DNA from: a virus
IMG/VR virus record: IMGVR_UViG_3300028416_000501
Coordinates: 15,054 to 79,053 of that record
Strand: one strand, 5' to 3'
DNA length: 64,000 bases
Below, in pieces: positions 19,469 through 28,680 of the stretch. The notes under the pieces are model-generated. The model did no database searches. It saw nothing but the letters and a program-made list of their open reading frames with translations, and was not told the DNA's origin. A program made the translations under genes and the position numbers. Numbering within the stretch: position 1 is the stretch's first letter; the number at the start of each line of letters is the position of its first letter.

Positions 19469-19849
19469 ATGGCTAGAAAAATAAAAGCAATGCGAGATAA
19501 AATCTTAGCAGAGATGATTGAAAAAATCGGCGAAGAAAAAACAACTGCTGGTGGAATTATTCTCACTGAAAAAGATGGAACAGAAGATGCAATTAAGCCA
19601 CGCTGGTTTAAGGTGTATAGCATCGGAGAAGGCATTGAATGGATTGAGGAAGGCGCATATGTGCTAGTCGCACATGGACGTTGGAGCAGAGGTATGAAGG
19701 TTGACGAAGATCTTACAGTTCATTTGCTAGACAATAAAGATTGTTTAATGGTTACTGATAAAGATCCAACAAACGATCCAAACTTTAGGGCATTACCTAA
19801 AGCAATACCAAAGCGTCCGTCTAACGATATGACTAGACACACATTATAA
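19469..19849 (+). CDS. groES: co-chaperonin GroES-like
   Basis: IKAMRDKIL...EEKTTAGGIIL...VYSIGEG. Confidence 0.8.
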   Translation: MARKIKAMRDKILAEMIEKIGEEKTTAGGIILTEKDGTEDAIKPRWFKVYSIGEGIEWIEEGAYVLVAHGRWSRGMKVDEDLTVHLLDNKDCLMVTDKDPTNDPNFRALPKAIPKRPSNDMTRHTL

Positions 19850-19870
19850 TTTAAAAGGAAATTCAAAATA

Positions 19871-20509
19871 ATGAATATTGAGAAACTACAACAAGCCATT
19901 GGTGCAATGGGCCAGGCTTTAGAAGAAAAAGGTGCAGCAAGTCCACAACCAACCGGACCATCCAAACCACCAGGACAAGTATTATATGAATCAGGTATTT
20001 ATTATTTCGCTGATGGCTTTACATATGAATCAACAAAGCCAGTAGTAAACTGGATTATTGAGAAAAACTTACTGCCAGACAGTGAGCGTCCTAAGGAACT
20101 TACACTTATTATTAATAGCCCAGGTGGTAGCGTACACGCCGCATTTGGTCTTATTGATGTAATGAAAGGTTCTGCATTGCCTATTAAAACTGTAGGCTTA
20201 GGAATGATTGCATCATGTGGTGTACTTACATTTATGGCAGGTACTAAAGGCAAGCGTGTGTTAACAAACAATACAAGTATTTTGTCACATCAATATTCAT
20301 GGGGTTCAGGCGGTAAAGAACACGAACTATTTGCTCGTGTTAAAGAGTTTGAATTATCATCAGCTCGTATGCTAGAACATTATAAAAAATGTACTGGATT
20401 ATCTGAAAAGAAGATCCGTGAAATATTACTACCAGCAGAAGATGTTTGGCTAACTGCCGAAGAAGCCGTCAAGCACGGAATTGCGGATGCTATTGTAGAC
20501 ACTTACTAA
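19871..20509 (+). CDS. clpP: ClpP-like ATP-dependent protease proteolytic subunit
   Basis: INSPGGSV, GMIASCG (Ser), SHQ (His), EDVWLTAEEAVKHGIAD. Confidence 0.9.
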   Translation: MNIEKLQQAIGAMGQALEEKGAASPQPTGPSKPPGQVLYESGIYYFADGFTYESTKPVVNWIIEKNLLPDSERPKELTLIINSPGGSVHAAFGLIDVMKGSALPIKTVGLGMIASCGVLTFMAGTKGKRVLTNNTSILSHQYSWGSGGKEHELFARVKEFELSSARMLEHYKKCTGLSEKKIREILLPAEDVWLTAEEAVKHGIADAIVDTY

Positions 20510-20901
20510 TGTACGAAGGTCTAATACAGCAAATGCCTGTACAACTTTTAGACCAATGGAAAAATCCTACACCTAGTCCAAACAATGATTTGGAACTTAT
20601 AGAAGATATAATGCAAAATGGCATACAAGATCCTATAATACTAGGTGTAGGAGTTTACAGTAGACAAGTAAGACTAGACACAGGCAACCACAGAATATAC
20701 TTATTACCTAAATTAGGTATGACCCACTTACCCGTAGTAGCAAGAGTATGGAACTATTGTACATTTAGCAATGGCAACGGTGATCATAGTTTTATCTGCC
20801 CAGATATTTCAGTCAAAAAACAATGGTTAGAAGAAGAATACTATGCTAAACCTAGTGATGTATTAGATATAATGTCATTGCTAATGAAGGTAAAACTATA
20901 G
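20509..20901 (+). CDS. ParB/Srx-like domain protein
   Basis: LIEDIMQNGIQDPI...DTGNHRI. Confidence 0.7.
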   Translation: MYEGLIQQMPVQLLDQWKNPTPSPNNDLELIEDIMQNGIQDPIILGVGVYSRQVRLDTGNHRIYLLPKLGMTHLPVVARVWNYCTFSNGNGDHSFICPDISVKKQWLEEEYYAKPSDVLDIMSLLMKVKL

Positions 20902-20910
20902 ACATTTCTA

Positions 20911-20939
20911 TTGACAAATTAATCAAAATATAGTATTAT
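20911..20939 (+). promoter_or_regulatory. sigma70-type promoter
   Basis: TTGACA-17-TATTAT. Confidence 0.65.
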
Positions 20940-20973
20940 ATAATAATAAACTTTAACTGAGAATGGACTCTGA

Positions 20974-21939
20974 ATGCATATGAAAATTATAGCTGGAAAT
21001 AGTAACACTGAAATGGCCGAGAAAATCGCCGCTCATTGTTTTGCTACTCTAGTGCCTGCCGAGATTAAGACTTTTGCGGATGGTGAGAGTAGTGTAGAAT
21101 TTTTAGAAAATATCCGTGGTGAAGATGTTTTTATTATACAAAGTACAAGTACACCAGTAAACGATAACCTAATGGAATTAATGATTATGATTGATGCGGC
21201 TAAGCGTAGCAGTGCCAAACGTATTACAGCAGTTATTCCTTATTTTGGTTATGCACGGCAAGATCGTAAAAGTGCAAGCCGTACACCAATTACTGCTAAA
21301 TTAGTGGCAAACTTAATTACAGAAGCTGGTGCTGATAGAATCCTTACAATGGATTTACATGCAGGACAAATACAGGGCTTCTTTGATATTCCGGTAGATG
21401 ACTTAACAAGCAGAATTGCATTTGCAAAAGATATTAAAAAACAATTCTACAAAGAAGGACAAGATGTACATGATGTAGAAACTGTTTTTGTATCACCAGA
21501 TGCAGGTGGTACTGTAAGAGCAAGGCGTTTTGCTGATATGTTTGGCGGAGACATTGCTATTGTAGACAAGCGTAGACCTAAAGCAGGTGTAAGTGAAGTA
21601 ATGAATATAATTGGTGAAGTTAAAGGTTGTCATGCTATTTTAGTTGACGATATTGTTGACAGTGGCGGAACATTGTGTAATGCCGCAAAAGCAATTATGG
21701 ATGCTGGTGCATTAAGTGTTAGAGCATATATTACACATGGAGTATTAACTGGCAAGGCATGTCAGAAAGTTGAAGACAGTGTATTAGAAGAACTAGTGAT
21801 CACAGACAGTATTAAATTTAATTGTCCAGCAGGTCATAAAAAGACTCGTGCAGTAAGTGTATCAACTATGTTTGGTGAAGCTATTAGGCGTGTATCAAAC
21901 GAAGAAAGTGTAAGCAGTTTGTTTGCACATAAGATTTAA
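20974..21939 (+). CDS. prs: ribose-phosphate pyrophosphokinase (PRPP synthetase)
   Basis: [43 protein letters not shown]. Confidence 0.97.
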   Translation: MHMKIIAGNSNTEMAEKIAAHCFATLVPAEIKTFADGESSVEFLENIRGEDVFIIQSTSTPVNDNLMELMIMIDAAKRSSAKRITAVIPYFGYARQDRKSASRTPITAKLVANLITEAGADRILTMDLHAGQIQGFFDIPVDDLTSRIAFAKDIKKQFYKEGQDVHDVETVFVSPDAGGTVRARRFADMFGGDIAIVDKRRPKAGVSEVMNIIGEVKGCHAILVDDIVDSGGTLCNAAKAIMDAGALSVRAYITHGVLTGKACQKVEDSVLEELVITDSIKFNCPAGHKKTRAVSVSTMFGEAIRRVSNEESVSSLFAHKI

Positions 21940-21950
21940 GGGGAAGTTAT

Positions 21951-22172
21951 ATGGAATTATTATTTAGCGTATTATGTATTTTAAGTATGATGCTATTATG
22001 GTTTATTATCGTAATGCTAGTTGCTAAAAAGACAGTAGGTAAGGATGCTAAAACATGGCAAATATTCTTATTTTTATTTATTGCAGGACCGATAGGTTGG
22101 TCAGTAGTTGTAATTATGGCTATGATGGAACTTATAGATAGAGTATTTCCAAATTTATTTAGAGGAAAATAA
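21951..22172 (+). CDS. small membrane protein
   Basis: Two hydrophobic segments. Confidence 0.55.
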   Translation: MELLFSVLCILSMMLLWFIIVMLVAKKTVGKDAKTWQIFLFLFIAGPIGWSVVVIMAMMELIDRVFPNLFRGK

Positions 22173-22173
22173 A

Positions 22174-22404
22174 ATGGCAACTGGACGTAAAGGTAAACAA
22201 GCTAACAAACTACAAGCAGTGTTTAACAAACAAGAAAAAGTAAGTTTTAAAAAAGAAAATCGTCGTAGTGAAATTGTAGAAGAAATTCACTACGTAGTTA
22301 AGATGTACATAGGCGACGAGCTGGCTGAGGAAAGACCGATGTATGGTAAAAGCAAACGCTATGCAGAAGATTGTGCTGAGAATTGGGATAGTGGCATTAT
22401 TTAA
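22174..22404 (+). CDS. hypothetical phage protein
   Basis: KSKRYAEDCAENW C-terminal motif; RBS GAGG. Confidence 0.65.
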   Translation: MATGRKGKQANKLQAVFNKQEKVSFKKENRRSEIVEEIHYVVKMYIGDELAEERPMYGKSKRYAEDCAENWDSGII

Positions 22405-23195
22405 TGTCTAACATTTTAGTAATCGGAACAAGTCACGCAACAGACAGACATGCGTATCAAGAAGAAAATTTAGTAAAGCAATATTATTGTAAGTTTGAAG
22501 ACGGTGAGCAAACATGGCCGGAATATCTCGCTAGTAAATTGAATATGAATCTAATTGATATTGCAATAGAAGGAATTGGAATAGAAACATATGCTTCTAG
22601 AATATTATCAATAAAGGATACATATTCAATTGCATTATTAGAAATGCCCGATCACTATAGACATGAGATGTATGTGGAACAACATACAGATTACAAAAGC
22701 AATTATTTGTTTAATTATAATTTTTGGAAAGAACAACACTTTAAAGATGAAATAATCAGATATAATCCAAGCGATTATGATTGTGATAAAACTACTATGA
22801 AGAAGATCAATAGAGCAAACAAAAATGCTACACAACCATTGACTTTGAACGATTTTCAGGCAAGTATTAGAAACATAGTTAGGCACAATGAGCATTTACA
22901 AAATGATAAAATCTATGCTACAATGTCAATGATAAACGGTTATTTAAAAAGTCAAAAAGTATTGCCTGTATGGTTCTCATATAATTTTGAAATAAGTGAT
23001 TATGAATTTAAAGACTTTACATCAATAAACGAACAAATAGGCAAAAGCATTAAAGACTATGTGCAGGAAGACCTTAACTATAATCTAAATGATAAAAACT
23101 ATGCAGGCGATGGAATTCATCTAAATAGTAATTATTGGAGACAACTGGTAGACAACTTGTTTGTAGAGTTTATTAAAGAGAAGACTAATGCCTAA
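22404..23195 (+). CDS. SGNH/GDSL hydrolase-like protein
   Basis: ILVIGTSH, TWPEYLASKL, DGIHL. Confidence 0.6.
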   Translation: MSNILVIGTSHATDRHAYQEENLVKQYYCKFEDGEQTWPEYLASKLNMNLIDIAIEGIGIETYASRILSIKDTYSIALLEMPDHYRHEMYVEQHTDYKSNYLFNYNFWKEQHFKDEIIRYNPSDYDCDKTTMKKINRANKNATQPLTLNDFQASIRNIVRHNEHLQNDKIYATMSMINGYLKSQKVLPVWFSYNFEISDYEFKDFTSINEQIGKSIKDYVQEDLNYNLNDKNYAGDGIHLNSNYWRQLVDNLFVEFIKEKTNA

Positions 23196-23733
23196 CGAAT
23201 TAATTGATAAAATTAGATCTCATCATAACAACAATCCTATAGAAATTATAAAAGTTATATTAGACAATGGGTTTGATGTATCTAAAGGACTAGTATACTT
23301 ACTAGACAATAATACAGTACTAAAAAGAATACCTTTAACATGTAATCAAGTAGAAGCAGTAGAACGAGTTAACAGTGTTGTTCCTGGATTTATTAAAGAT
23401 TATAAAGTAAATGATACAAACACACACATAGATCTTTATCTTAAAAAGTACGAAGGCATACATCCAAGACCAAACAGTGTAAAAGATAAAAAACAGGCTC
23501 TAAGAATATTAAATGCTTGTGTTGATTTTTTTAAAAAGTCTAGTCCATATGCAATGTATGATTTTAGTTCAGGTAATATTTTACTTGATGGTGATAATAT
23601 TCATATTATAGATCTAGATTCAATATTCAATAATGACGAATATAAAACATCAGCAAAAGACTGTTATAGATCAATGAATTGGTTACACAACCATATAGAA
23701 TTTACAGAATTTAAAAAAATATGGACAAGTTAA
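23188..23733 (+). CDS. protein-kinase-like (APH/choline kinase fold) protein
   Basis: MYDFSSGNILLDGDNIHIIDLDS (DxxxxN...D). Confidence 0.65.
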   Translation: MPNELIDKIRSHHNNNPIEIIKVILDNGFDVSKGLVYLLDNNTVLKRIPLTCNQVEAVERVNSVVPGFIKDYKVNDTNTHIDLYLKKYEGIHPRPNSVKDKKQALRILNACVDFFKKSSPYAMYDFSSGNILLDGDNIHIIDLDSIFNNDEYKTSAKDCYRSMNWLHNHIEFTEFKKIWTS

Positions 23734-24203
23734 TTTTAAAAGGAGATATGATATTTCGAAAAGATGATCTATCAATCTTTATGTCTGAAATAGTTAATGA
23801 ACGTATACAAGAAACAATAGATGCAGTAACTAGTGCATATCCAGTACTTGACTATGTTGTAAAAGGTAATTTTATTTATGTAGCAACTAAAAATGCACAT
23901 GTTATTAACGAAGCGTTTGATTTATGTACTGCATATTCATCTTGTATAAAGGTATTTAATGATAGCCAGCCGTATTTTGAAACTGAAATTAGTTATGAAA
24001 ATACAATAGTTAATAAAGATACATTTACTATTTTACCAATGGGAACTGATGTTTTTGATTTACAACCAAAAACAAACAAAGAATTTAAAGAAAATGTACT
24101 TGACCATATAGAAGAATGGACAGGTAAACGAGATGAAAAATTGTTTGACAAATTGTTCAAACAACTGTATAATACTAACAAAAGCGGAGAAAATAATGGC
24201 TAA
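23721..24203 (+). CDS. hypothetical protein, possibly degenerate kinase-like
   Basis: PYFETEISYENTIV aligns loosely with the preceding kinase loop. Confidence 0.45.
   Translation: MDKLILKGDMIFRKDDLSIFMSEIVNERIQETIDAVTSAYPVLDYVVKGNFIYVATKNAHVINEAFDLCTAYSSCIKVFNDSQPYFETEISYENTIVNKDTFTILPMGTDVFDLQPKTNKEFKENVLDHIEEWTGKRDEKLFDKLFKQLYNTNKSGENNG
24145..24173 (+). promoter_or_regulatory. sigma70-type promoter
   Basis: TTGACA-17-TATAAT upstream of clamp loader. Confidence 0.7.
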
Positions 24204-25128
24204 AGATTTATGGGTAGAAAAGTACAGACCTACTAATGTAGGAGAGTATGTATTTAGAGATGAAGCACAACGTAAGCAGGTGCAAAACTGGATAGACGAT
24301 GGTGGTATTCCACACTTGTTATTCAGCGGTAGTCCTGGTACAGGTAAAACTACTCTTGCTAAAGTTCTCATTGAAGAACTAAGTGTAGAAAAAGCAGATG
24401 TACTATACATTAACGCTAGTAGAGATAACGGCGTTGAAATGATTCGTAAGAAAATTAGTGCATTTAGTGAAACTATGCCTTGGGGTGAATTTAAGGTAAT
24501 TCTACTTGATGAGGCTGACCATATATCTCCAGAAGGGCAAGCGGCATTGCGTGGAGTAATGGAACAGTATCATGCAAGCGTAAGATTTATTTTAACTTGT
24601 AATTATCCTAATATGATTATTCCTGCACTACACAGTAGATGTCAAGGCTTTCATATTGAACAACTAGACCAAACAGATTTTACAGTGCGTGTTGCAGAGA
24701 TACTTGCAGAAAATAAAGTTGAATTTGATATCGATACACTAGATGCTATGGTTCGTGCTAACTATCCTGACTTGCGTAAAACTATTAATACAGTGCAAAT
24801 GACTATTGTAGACAACAAACTATTATTGCCAGAACAAGGCGGTAGTACTGCTGAATGGCGTGTTAAAATGGTAGAGTTGTTTAAGGAAGGCAAGATACAA
24901 GATGCACGAAAACTTATTGTAGGCGCTGCAAGGGCAGATGAATACAATGAGATCTTTACTTGGTTATATAGAAACTTGGACTTGTATACTAATGATGACT
25001 TTACATATGACAGTTGTGTACTAGCAATCAGAGAAGGCATGATCAAGCATACTCAGGTAGCAGACCCCGAAATCAATCTAAGTGCCACTATGGTAGAAAT
25101 TGCGAGAACATTAAACACAAATTCTTAA
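24196..25128 (+). CDS. clamp loader AAA+ subunit (T4 gp44 / RFC small subunit-like)
   Basis: LWVEKYRP, GSPGTGKTT, INAS, LDEAD, SRC. Confidence 0.95.
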   Translation: MAKDLWVEKYRPTNVGEYVFRDEAQRKQVQNWIDDGGIPHLLFSGSPGTGKTTLAKVLIEELSVEKADVLYINASRDNGVEMIRKKISAFSETMPWGEFKVILLDEADHISPEGQAALRGVMEQYHASVRFILTCNYPNMIIPALHSRCQGFHIEQLDQTDFTVRVAEILAENKVEFDIDTLDAMVRANYPDLRKTINTVQMTIVDNKLLLPEQGGSTAEWRVKMVELFKEGKIQDARKLIVGAARADEYNEIFTWLYRNLDLYTNDDFTYDSCVLAIREGMIKHTQVADPEINLSATMVEIARTLNTNS

Positions 25129-25306
25129 CCTACCAATTTCATAACATTATCAGTAATTCATACTGAATATTTCTATAATATTCAATTAACTGACAATAGA
25201 AGTACCATCCAATAAATCCATAAATATAAGTGTAGCAGTAATATTGTTACAAACGATAGATTGAAAACAATTACTAGAAGCGATTTTTTAACGAATATAT
25301 TGTGTA

Positions 25307-25561
25307 ATGAGACAGATACAAATTGATAAAAGTTTAGATTATTATGGGGAACAAATATCATATAAAGTCTCAGGAACTGTAGAAGGGGTTCAGCAATTAG
25401 TAAAAGAATATCAACCTAAAAAAGTAATATTTACTGAAACAAGTAGATATAAAGACTTTGACTCTTGCCTTGATTTTGTTGCTGGCACATGGGTTCAGGT
25501 TTATTTTTTGTTCGATGAAGAACAAGCGATGCTTTTTCGTTTATCTAAAAAAATTAGATAA
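25307..25561 (+). CDS. hypothetical protein
   Basis: C-terminal F.DEEQAMLFRL motif shared with 58653-58988; CATAAATA upstream at 25219. Confidence 0.55.
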   Translation: MRQIQIDKSLDYYGEQISYKVSGTVEGVQQLVKEYQPKKVIFTETSRYKDFDSCLDFVAGTWVQVYFLFDEEQAMLFRLSKKIR

Positions 25562-25594
25562 ATATTAATTAGTGATAAAAGGAAAGAGAACGTT

Positions 25595-26035
25595 ATGAAT
25601 AAGAGATTTTTAGTATGGTGGTTGATTGTTGTTGTACAATTTATTGGATTAGGGACAGCAGTATATTACAATGCTATTCCATTCTTGTTAGAAAATGACT
25701 CAACTAAATTGAGCTTTGCAATTATAACTATGTGGTTTGCTGCAACAGCAAGCATTGGTTATAGAAGTTTAAAAGAAAGAACAGATTTTGAGACACCGTG
25801 GTTTATAGGCGAGGCCTGTATGACAGTAGGTATGGTAGGAACCGTTATTGGATTTATGCTTATGCTAGGAAGTAGCTTTGCAGAAATTGATCCATCAAAC
25901 GTTGATAGCATGAAGCGTGTTATTACTGACATGGCTTCTGGTATGAGTACAGCATTACTTACAACACTATGTGGTTTGGTTGCTAGTTTGTTTGTTAAAG
26001 TGCAAGTAATTATACAAGAGCAAGAGTATGTCTAA
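25595..26035 (+). CDS. MotA/TolQ/ExbB proton-channel family protein
   Basis: GMVGTVIGF...MASGMSTALLTTLCGL signature. Confidence 0.85.
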   Translation: MNKRFLVWWLIVVVQFIGLGTAVYYNAIPFLLENDSTKLSFAIITMWFAATASIGYRSLKERTDFETPWFIGEACMTVGMVGTVIGFMLMLGSSFAEIDPSNVDSMKRVITDMASGMSTALLTTLCGLVASLFVKVQVIIQEQEYV

Positions 26036-26633
26036 TAGACGTCAAGGTTCAAATTTAGCATTTAACGATTTATTATTTAATGTCCTTATTGGATTTGTTA
26101 TGCTGTTTGTTATTGCATTTCTTCTCATAAATCCTATTGCCAAAAAAGCAGATATTCCAGTTAAAGCAGAATTTATAATTGTTCTAGAATGGGACGAAGA
26201 TGCCAGTGACGACTTAGATTTATGGATGCAGTTAGATAAAAATAAACCTGTTGGATTTACTAACAGAGAAGATACTCCATTACATTTAGATAGAGACGAT
26301 TTAGGTACAACTAATGATCGTATTGTTGTTGATGGGAAAGTTATCTTTATAAAAACAAACAGAGAAACAATAACAATACGAGGTATTGTTCCAGGAGAGT
26401 ATTTTGTTACGGTACATGCTTATTCTAAAAAAGCAGCAAATGTTCCATATACTGTTACTGTTATGAAAGTTAACCCATTTAGACAACTTTACAGTTTAAC
26501 AGGAGAGTTTTTAGTGAACAGAGAAATACAAAGATTGCCAGCATTTACAGTAGATGCTAACGGCAGAGTAACAAGTGTATTCCAACACTTTAAAGATATA
26601 GTACCATCAAGAAGCGGAGTAGCACCACAATGA
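26028..26633 (+). CDS. MotB/ExbD-like TM protein with YfaP/DUF2135-like domain
   Basis: AFNDLLFNVLIGFVMLF (TM Asp); DLDLW...LDRDD...NRETI...PGEY. Confidence 0.7.
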   Translation: MSNRRQGSNLAFNDLLFNVLIGFVMLFVIAFLLINPIAKKADIPVKAEFIIVLEWDEDASDDLDLWMQLDKNKPVGFTNREDTPLHLDRDDLGTTNDRIVVDGKVIFIKTNRETITIRGIVPGEYFVTVHAYSKKAANVPYTVTVMKVNPFRQLYSLTGEFLVNREIQRLPAFTVDANGRVTSVFQHFKDIVPSRSGVAPQ

Positions 26634-27247
26634 TAATTTATATTTCAATAGGACTAATTTTTGCACTATCAGTACTTACAGTGTATTCACTAATACAACT
26701 AGGTAAAAACAACATATTAACTTTTTTCTTAATTCCGTTGGCCCTTGTTGCAAGTATATTCACAGGTTATACACTTTTTGCATTACAAGGAACACCAATT
26801 GACGACATGCCAGAAGGTCAAGTAGAAGTTATTTGGGTAGAGATACAGAAGCCTAATATATACTTTTTAGTTAGACCAGCAGGTGAAACACAACCAGTTT
26901 ATCACCGTATTCCATACACTAACAAAAATGCAGATAAAATGGCAGAACTTCAGAAAAAAGCAGATGGCGGCAGACCAGTAACTGGTGAGTTTAAAGAAAT
27001 GGAAACCGGCAAAACTGATTTAAGTAGAAACGAAGATATACGCTTTGATGAAATAGAAAGAAGTCCATTGCCTACAAAGAAACCAGTACTCAGAGATATG
27101 GGAGTTGATGAGAACTTAATTAACGAAATACACAATCAAGATGTAGGTGATAATACTGCTAGAGATTACAGTCCAATAGGCAGTAATATTATTGATCCCG
27201 AAGAAAGTATGAAATCTTGTGATACACATTTTGGTTGCGGACCATAA
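26630..27247 (+). CDS. membrane protein (2 N-terminal TM)
   Basis: Coupled to MotB-like gene. Confidence 0.7.
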   Translation: MIIYISIGLIFALSVLTVYSLIQLGKNNILTFFLIPLALVASIFTGYTLFALQGTPIDDMPEGQVEVIWVEIQKPNIYFLVRPAGETQPVYHRIPYTNKNADKMAELQKKADGGRPVTGEFKEMETGKTDLSRNEDIRFDEIERSPLPTKKPVLRDMGVDENLINEIHNQDVGDNTARDYSPIGSNIIDPEESMKSCDTHFGCGP

Positions 27248-27362
27248 TAATTAATGGAATACTGGCGTATATATAGAAATATGCGTAGAAATGGATATAC
27301 AAAAGAAGCGGCTAGGGCCTGGATTTATGTATTAAAAGAACAATTAATTTAAATTATTTTAC

Positions 27363-27431
27363 AAACCCTTGTTTTGCAAGGGTTTTTTCTTGAACAAAAA
27401 GGTTGACAACCAAGACATCTTGTCGTATAGT
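27363..27431 (+). promoter_or_regulatory. terminator + sigma70 promoter cassette with spacer palindrome
   Basis: AAACCCTTG/CAAGGGTTT+T; TTGACA(27403)-17-TATAGT; CAAGA-CA-TCTTG 27411-27422. Confidence 0.85.
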
Positions 27432-27465
27432 ATTAGTATAAGTTAGTTAAACAGAAAGATACAAT

Positions 27466-27708
27466 ATGTCAAATTATGCAACATTACAAGAATCAATTAA
27501 CACTGCAACTTTTAACTCAGAAAACTGGAATGCTGATGGTAGCATTAACTGGAGTTTTGTTGACGCAGATGCGTTTGATGAGTGTAATAAATTGTTTGAC
27601 GGAACAGCATTGTTTTACGAAGCATTTGATGAAATCGTAACAAATATGCGTAATGAAATGCGTGAAGAAGCGGTATCAGAAGCACGTTTTGAAATGGCAA
27701 TATCTTAA
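27466..27708 (+). CDS. acidic hypothetical protein (NWxxVDAD family)
   Basis: ENWNADGSINWSFVDAD. Confidence 0.75.
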   Translation: MSNYATLQESINTATFNSENWNADGSINWSFVDADAFDECNKLFDGTALFYEAFDEIVTNMRNEMREEAVSEARFEMAIS

Positions 27709-27716
27709 TAAAAAGG

Positions 27717-27745
27717 TTGACAACAGCAAGAAGTCTTGCTATAAT
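27717..27745 (+). promoter_or_regulatory. sigma70 promoter with spacer palindrome
   Basis: TTGACA-17-TATAAT; AGCAAGA-AG-TCTTGCT 27725-27740. Confidence 0.85.
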
Positions 27746-27775
27746 AGTAGTATAAATTAACAAGGAGAACCAAAT

Positions 27776-28012
27776 ATGTTAGACACAAAATTTATCCAAG
27801 CATTTGAAAAAGCTGCAACAAACCCAGAAAACATTGATGAGAACAATGAAGTTAATTGGAACTACGTTGATGCAGATATGCACTTAGATGGTTTTGCTGA
27901 TAAGATTGGTGAAAACTACTTGAGCTGGTTTAATGACATGGCTGATCAGTTTGAATTAAATCAAGCTGCAGATCGTTTGGAAGTTTTGAAAACAGATTAT
28001 TTGGGACAATAA
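27776..28012 (+). CDS. acidic hypothetical protein (NWxxVDAD family)
   Basis: ENIDENNEVNWNYVDAD; AAGGAG RBS. Confidence 0.75.
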   Translation: MLDTKFIQAFEKAATNPENIDENNEVNWNYVDADMHLDGFADKIGENYLSWFNDMADQFELNQAADRLEVLKTDYLGQ

Positions 28013-28015
28013 TTG

Positions 28016-28465
28016 ATGAACTATATTGAGATAACAGGCGGCAAAAAAAGCCAACAAGACAAGATACGCACAATGGTAGAGTTTTGTATTAAAAAACTTA
28101 TGCCTCGTATGAAAACTCTTAATATTGAAGTTAAAGTTACTCGCATCAAAGGTGATGCTGAAGGCTATTGTTTGCGTGAGTCAGACAGAGATTTTGAAAT
28201 TGAAGTAGATAGCAGATTACCATTGCGTAAGATGTTAGAAACAGTTGCACACGAAATGGTACATGTCAAACAGTATGCTAGGCGTGAAATGAATGACTGG
28301 CAGTACAAAGAAGTGTACTATAAATGGAAAGGAACATATGTTCCTGATTCAACCGACTATTGGGATTTGCCTTGGGAGATTGAAGCTAACGGTAGAGAAG
28401 TTGGATTGTTTATTCGTTGGGCTCAACAGTATGGATGGGCAGGCAAAGAGTGGACACAAATTTAA
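28016..28465 (+). CDS. zincin-like metallopeptidase
   Basis: AHEMVHVKQY (HExxH), PWEIEA. Confidence 0.75.
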   Translation: MNYIEITGGKKSQQDKIRTMVEFCIKKLMPRMKTLNIEVKVTRIKGDAEGYCLRESDRDFEIEVDSRLPLRKMLETVAHEMVHVKQYARREMNDWQYKEVYYKWKGTYVPDSTDYWDLPWEIEANGREVGLFIRWAQQYGWAGKEWTQI

Positions 28466-28680
28466 TTTAGTGTAACTTCTTTAACACCTTGTAGTTTTAA
28501 TAAGAAATACTCCTTCTGGGAGTATTTTTTTTGAATCCAAATTGCATGTCTTGGATCAGCACCATATTTAAATATAGTCATTTCGTAGTAATATCCAACA
28601 ATTAGATTACCACTAGTCATACGTTTTGGCCACCAAGCAAACACTCTGTTAACTGTATCGGGTCTTCGTATTATTCCCAT
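28462..28680 (-). CDS. hypothetical protein
   Basis: Coupled to last rSAM; FAWWPKRM motif. Confidence 0.55.
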   Translation of the reverse strand: MGIIRRPDTVNRVFAWWPKRMTSGNLIVGYYYEMTIFKYGADPRHAIWIQKKYSQKEYFLLKLQGVKEVTLN

